A stretch of DNA of 64,000 nt from Methanobacteriota archaeon. GTDB lineage: Archaea > Thermoplasmatota > Poseidoniia > Poseidoniales > Poseidoniaceae. Of this stretch, positions 62,104 through 64,000 are shown one piece after another. The notes under the pieces were generated by a model. It searched no databases, had not been told where the DNA came from, and saw only the letters and a list, made by a program, of their open reading frames with translations. A program made the translations under genes and the position numbers. The DNA lies in NCBI GenBank assembly GCA_002722135.1, contig PBKJ01000023.1:3278-67277 (forward strand), in the 5' to 3' direction. Every line of letters begins with the position of its first letter. Position 1 is the stretch's first letter.

Positions 62104-64000
62104 TCACAAGAAATCAGCCAAGGACATCTGGCGCGCCCGATCGTTGTTGAACAGGCTGTCCACAGAGGAGGCCAGCCATTCGACGTTCTGTCGGGTGTAG
62201 GTGTCCACGCCGTACGTTTCCATCACGTGCCGTGTGACTTCGATGTACTTCCGCACGGCACCTTCGGAGACCGTGAGGGCAAGGTTACCGCCGCACTGGT
62301 CACCTTCGGAGCGGGACACGCCGTGTGCAGCGAGTCCACGGCCGCCGACCTTGGTCAGCTGGATGCATTTTCCCGCCAGTGGCATACGACGGTAGGAATG
62401 GCCGCACTTCACGCACCTCACCTTTTGGCGTGCGTAGGCGTTGAGGTTGCCACGCAAATCCGGCAAAAAGTGCGAGCGAATCACGCTGCTGGCCACCAAC
62501 CGAATGTCCACGCCACGTAACCTGTGCCCCAAATCCAACTGTCCGTTCATCTTGTCGATCATCGTCTCGAGGGTCTTGTACGCTGAAAGCGCAGGCCCAC
62601 GGTCCATGGCCTCGCAATCGTGCGTGTAGCCGTATCCGCGAACGGCCGCCACCGTGCCAAGTCGGCGTTCAGCGATGTCCATCATCTCGATGACGGTCTT
62701 TGGGTGGGGCTGTTGCTGCGTGGCTTCGTAGAAGGCCGCTTCGTAGTACCATGCGCAATCCACGTTCAGGGCTTCCTTGTCCACTTCCGTCGGATTCAGA
62801 CGAGTGGTGAGCACCAGGGGAGCGTCCATCTGGCCGCCACGGTTGGCGGGCAGGATGTCGCGGCTAAAGTTGAGCAAACCGTCCATGAGGAGCATGATGG
62901 CGTCCTCGTCGCCGTCGCAGTTGCGACGCTTGGCGGCATGGAACAAGGGGTGAGCGTAGCCACCAGAACAGTCCGCCCAGCCGATGATGCGCGACAACAC
63001 ACCACCAGAGGTGTGGGGCGCAAGGGCACAAATGAGGTGGCCGACCAAGTCTTCTGGCGTGCGGACGTTGTAGAAAGCCGGCATGTCGTAGAATCGGACC
63101 AGCAGGTCATCGATGAAAGCCGCCGTGCGGAGGAAGAATTCCTTGGCGTTGGCGGCGACGATGAAATCCTGTGGGAACATTTCCAGCACCTGGTCGTCAC
63201 GTTCGAGCGGCGCGCCCATGTGATCGTGGGTGTACCCAAGGTCCAGCAAAGCGGGAACACTGGTGCCGATTTCCCCAGGACGGAAGTGGGTGACGGGCAC
63301 GTCGCTCATGTCGTAGCGAACCGTTCCGTCACGGAAGACAGGGAGGGTGTGGTGAGCGCGCAGGATGCCCTTTTCGATCGGCTCGGGCGTCTGGTTCCTG
63401 CTGTTCAGGGTCTTGACGCACTTGACCTGCTTCGGCAGCCGATCAAGGCCCAAACGGATGCGCGCGTCCTCAAGCAGGGTGTCGAGTTCAATGGTCTGAA
63501 GTTCACCCCTCCGACGCGCGTCTGCACGCGCGTTGCCGGCCATCTCGGTGGGTCCACCACAGGTTTCTCCGGCCCTGGGCCGGCCCATGTCGTCCACCCT
63601 TCGGTGGTGGCAGTTCAGGTGCGGGCTCTCTTTCCCGCACACCGTGCAGATGCGCCGTCCGACCTGCACGCGGATGCTGCGCTTTTCCTCCGCGTTGGCC
63701 AGCAGCCGCTGAGCCCCGCCGTTCAGGTCGATGGGGAACAGGGCGTGGGACATCGGACTCATCACCCGCGCAGCGGCTTTCTCAGGACGGCCCATGCGGC
63801 AACCCACACGGACCGGAGCGCTGTGTTCCCACCGCAAGCGGGACATTCGACGCACGAGGGGGAGCAATCCGTCCACGGCCTGATCGTCCTCCAAGGACTG
63901 CGCGGCGTGGTAGGCCTTCGGGTCCGCAGGACCCGGGTCCGGCACTTCAGCCGCAGCTTGACGCCCGACGTCGTCGGTTTCGGCAATGCCCAGGCCCCGC
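62104..64000 (-). CDS. polC: DNA polymerase II (PolD) large subunit DP2, C-terminal ~630 codons (N-terminus beyond the right edge)
   Basis: Contains GGQMDAPLVLTTRLNP and the zinc modules CTVCGKESPHLNC and CVKCGHSYRRMPLAGKC...CGGNL. The frame remains open from the track start (GTG 63945) to nt 64000. Confidence 0.95.
   Translation of the reverse strand, partial: RGLGIAETDDVGRQAAAEVPDPGPADPKAYHAAQSLEDDQAVDGLLPLVRRMSRLRWEHSAPVRVGCRMGRPEKAAARVMSPMSHALFPIDLNGGAQRLLANAEEKRSIRVQVGRRICTVCGKESPHLNCHHRRVDDMGRPRAGETCGGPTEMAGNARADARRRGELQTIELDTLLEDARIRLGLDRLPKQVKCVKTLNSRNQTPEPIEKGILRAHHTLPVFRDGTVRYDMSDVPVTHFRPGEIGTSVPALLDLGYTHDHMGAPLERDDQVLEMFPQDFIVAANAKEFFLRTAAFIDDLLVRFYDMPAFYNVRTPEDLVGHLICALAPHTSGGVLSRIIGWADCSGGYAHPLFHAAKRRNCDGDEDAIMLLMDGLLNFSRDILPANRGGQMDAPLVLTTRLNPTEVDKEALNVDCAWYYEAAFYEATQQQPHPKTVIEMMDIAERRLGTVAAVRGYGYTHDCEAMDRGPALSAYKTLETMIDKMNGQLDLGHRLRGVDIRLVASSVIRSHFLPDLRGNLNAYARQKVRCVKCGHSYRRMPLAGKCIQLTKVGGRGLAAHGVSRSEGDQCGGNLALTVSEGAVRKYIEVTRHVMETYGVDTYTRQNVEWLASSVDSLFNNDRARQMSLADFL

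Noticed and set aside
1-64000. Search for tRNA, rRNA, other structured RNA genes, CRISPR repeats, IS elements, integrases, toxin-antitoxin or restriction-modification genes
   Set aside because: Every gap longer than about 100 nt was read (for example 11500-11676, 15597-15753, 19673-19767, 44109-44265, 49104-49257, 58128-58223, 59343-59442). None shows cloverleaf-like complementarity, repeat-spacer periodicity or terminal inverted repeats. No ORF translation shows transposase, integrase or defence motifs. Detection by eye is limited, so tRNAscan, Infernal and repeat finders should confirm.

Overview
This is a GC-rich, very gene-dense chromosomal segment with about 73 protein-coding genes, short or overlapping intergenic gaps and many apparent operons. 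I read it as archaeal. Archaeal signature genes include DnaG primase, primase large subunit PriL, PolD large subunit DP2 (runs off the right edge), a thermosome-like group II chaperonin, Lrp/AsnC, archaeal phosphopantothenate synthetase, MptE, DUF373, a THEP1-type NTPase and a PGF-CTERM sorting signal. Several genes also show TATA-like boxes about 27 bp upstream of the ATG, which suggests leaderless mRNAs. These are interleaved with bacterial-type housekeeping genes: GroES-GroEL, HflX, PurH, PurN, enolase, PckA, NadC, GcvH, ExoIII, RNase HI, MFS and SMR transporters. The mix would fit a planktonic marine euryarchaeon (MGII/III-like), but that is inference only. I found no rRNA, tRNA, CRISPR array, transposase, integrase or recognisable defence genes. 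The many long ORFs lying antisense to real genes look like GC-driven shadow ORFs. The ORF track uses GTG/TTG as starts, and I trimmed many track ORFs to internal starts that I checked in the sequence. Nothing here can be called a defined new system from sequence alone. The loci most worth follow-up are: (1) an 891-aa protein built from about 7 copies of a W-x3-G-aromatic helical module, divergently paired with a membrane-anchored 750-aa TPR protein (12.9-18.0 kb). (2) A co-directional cluster of a His-rich polytopic membrane protein, a UBA-like/zinc-ribbon protein, a Cys/His-rich 271-aa protein and a small wHTH protein (55.4-58.1 kb). (3) A 1259-aa polytopic membrane protein with a central charged loop (49.3-53.0 kb). 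(4) Three TerB-like genes, each linked to nucleotide-handling enzymes (9.6-11.5 kb and 33.2-34.7 kb). (5) A groES-groEL operon with a palindromic candidate operator, close to a motif-degenerate thermosome. (6) A Shine-Dalgarno-equipped 33-codon uORF plus two GC hairpins in the dnaG leader.
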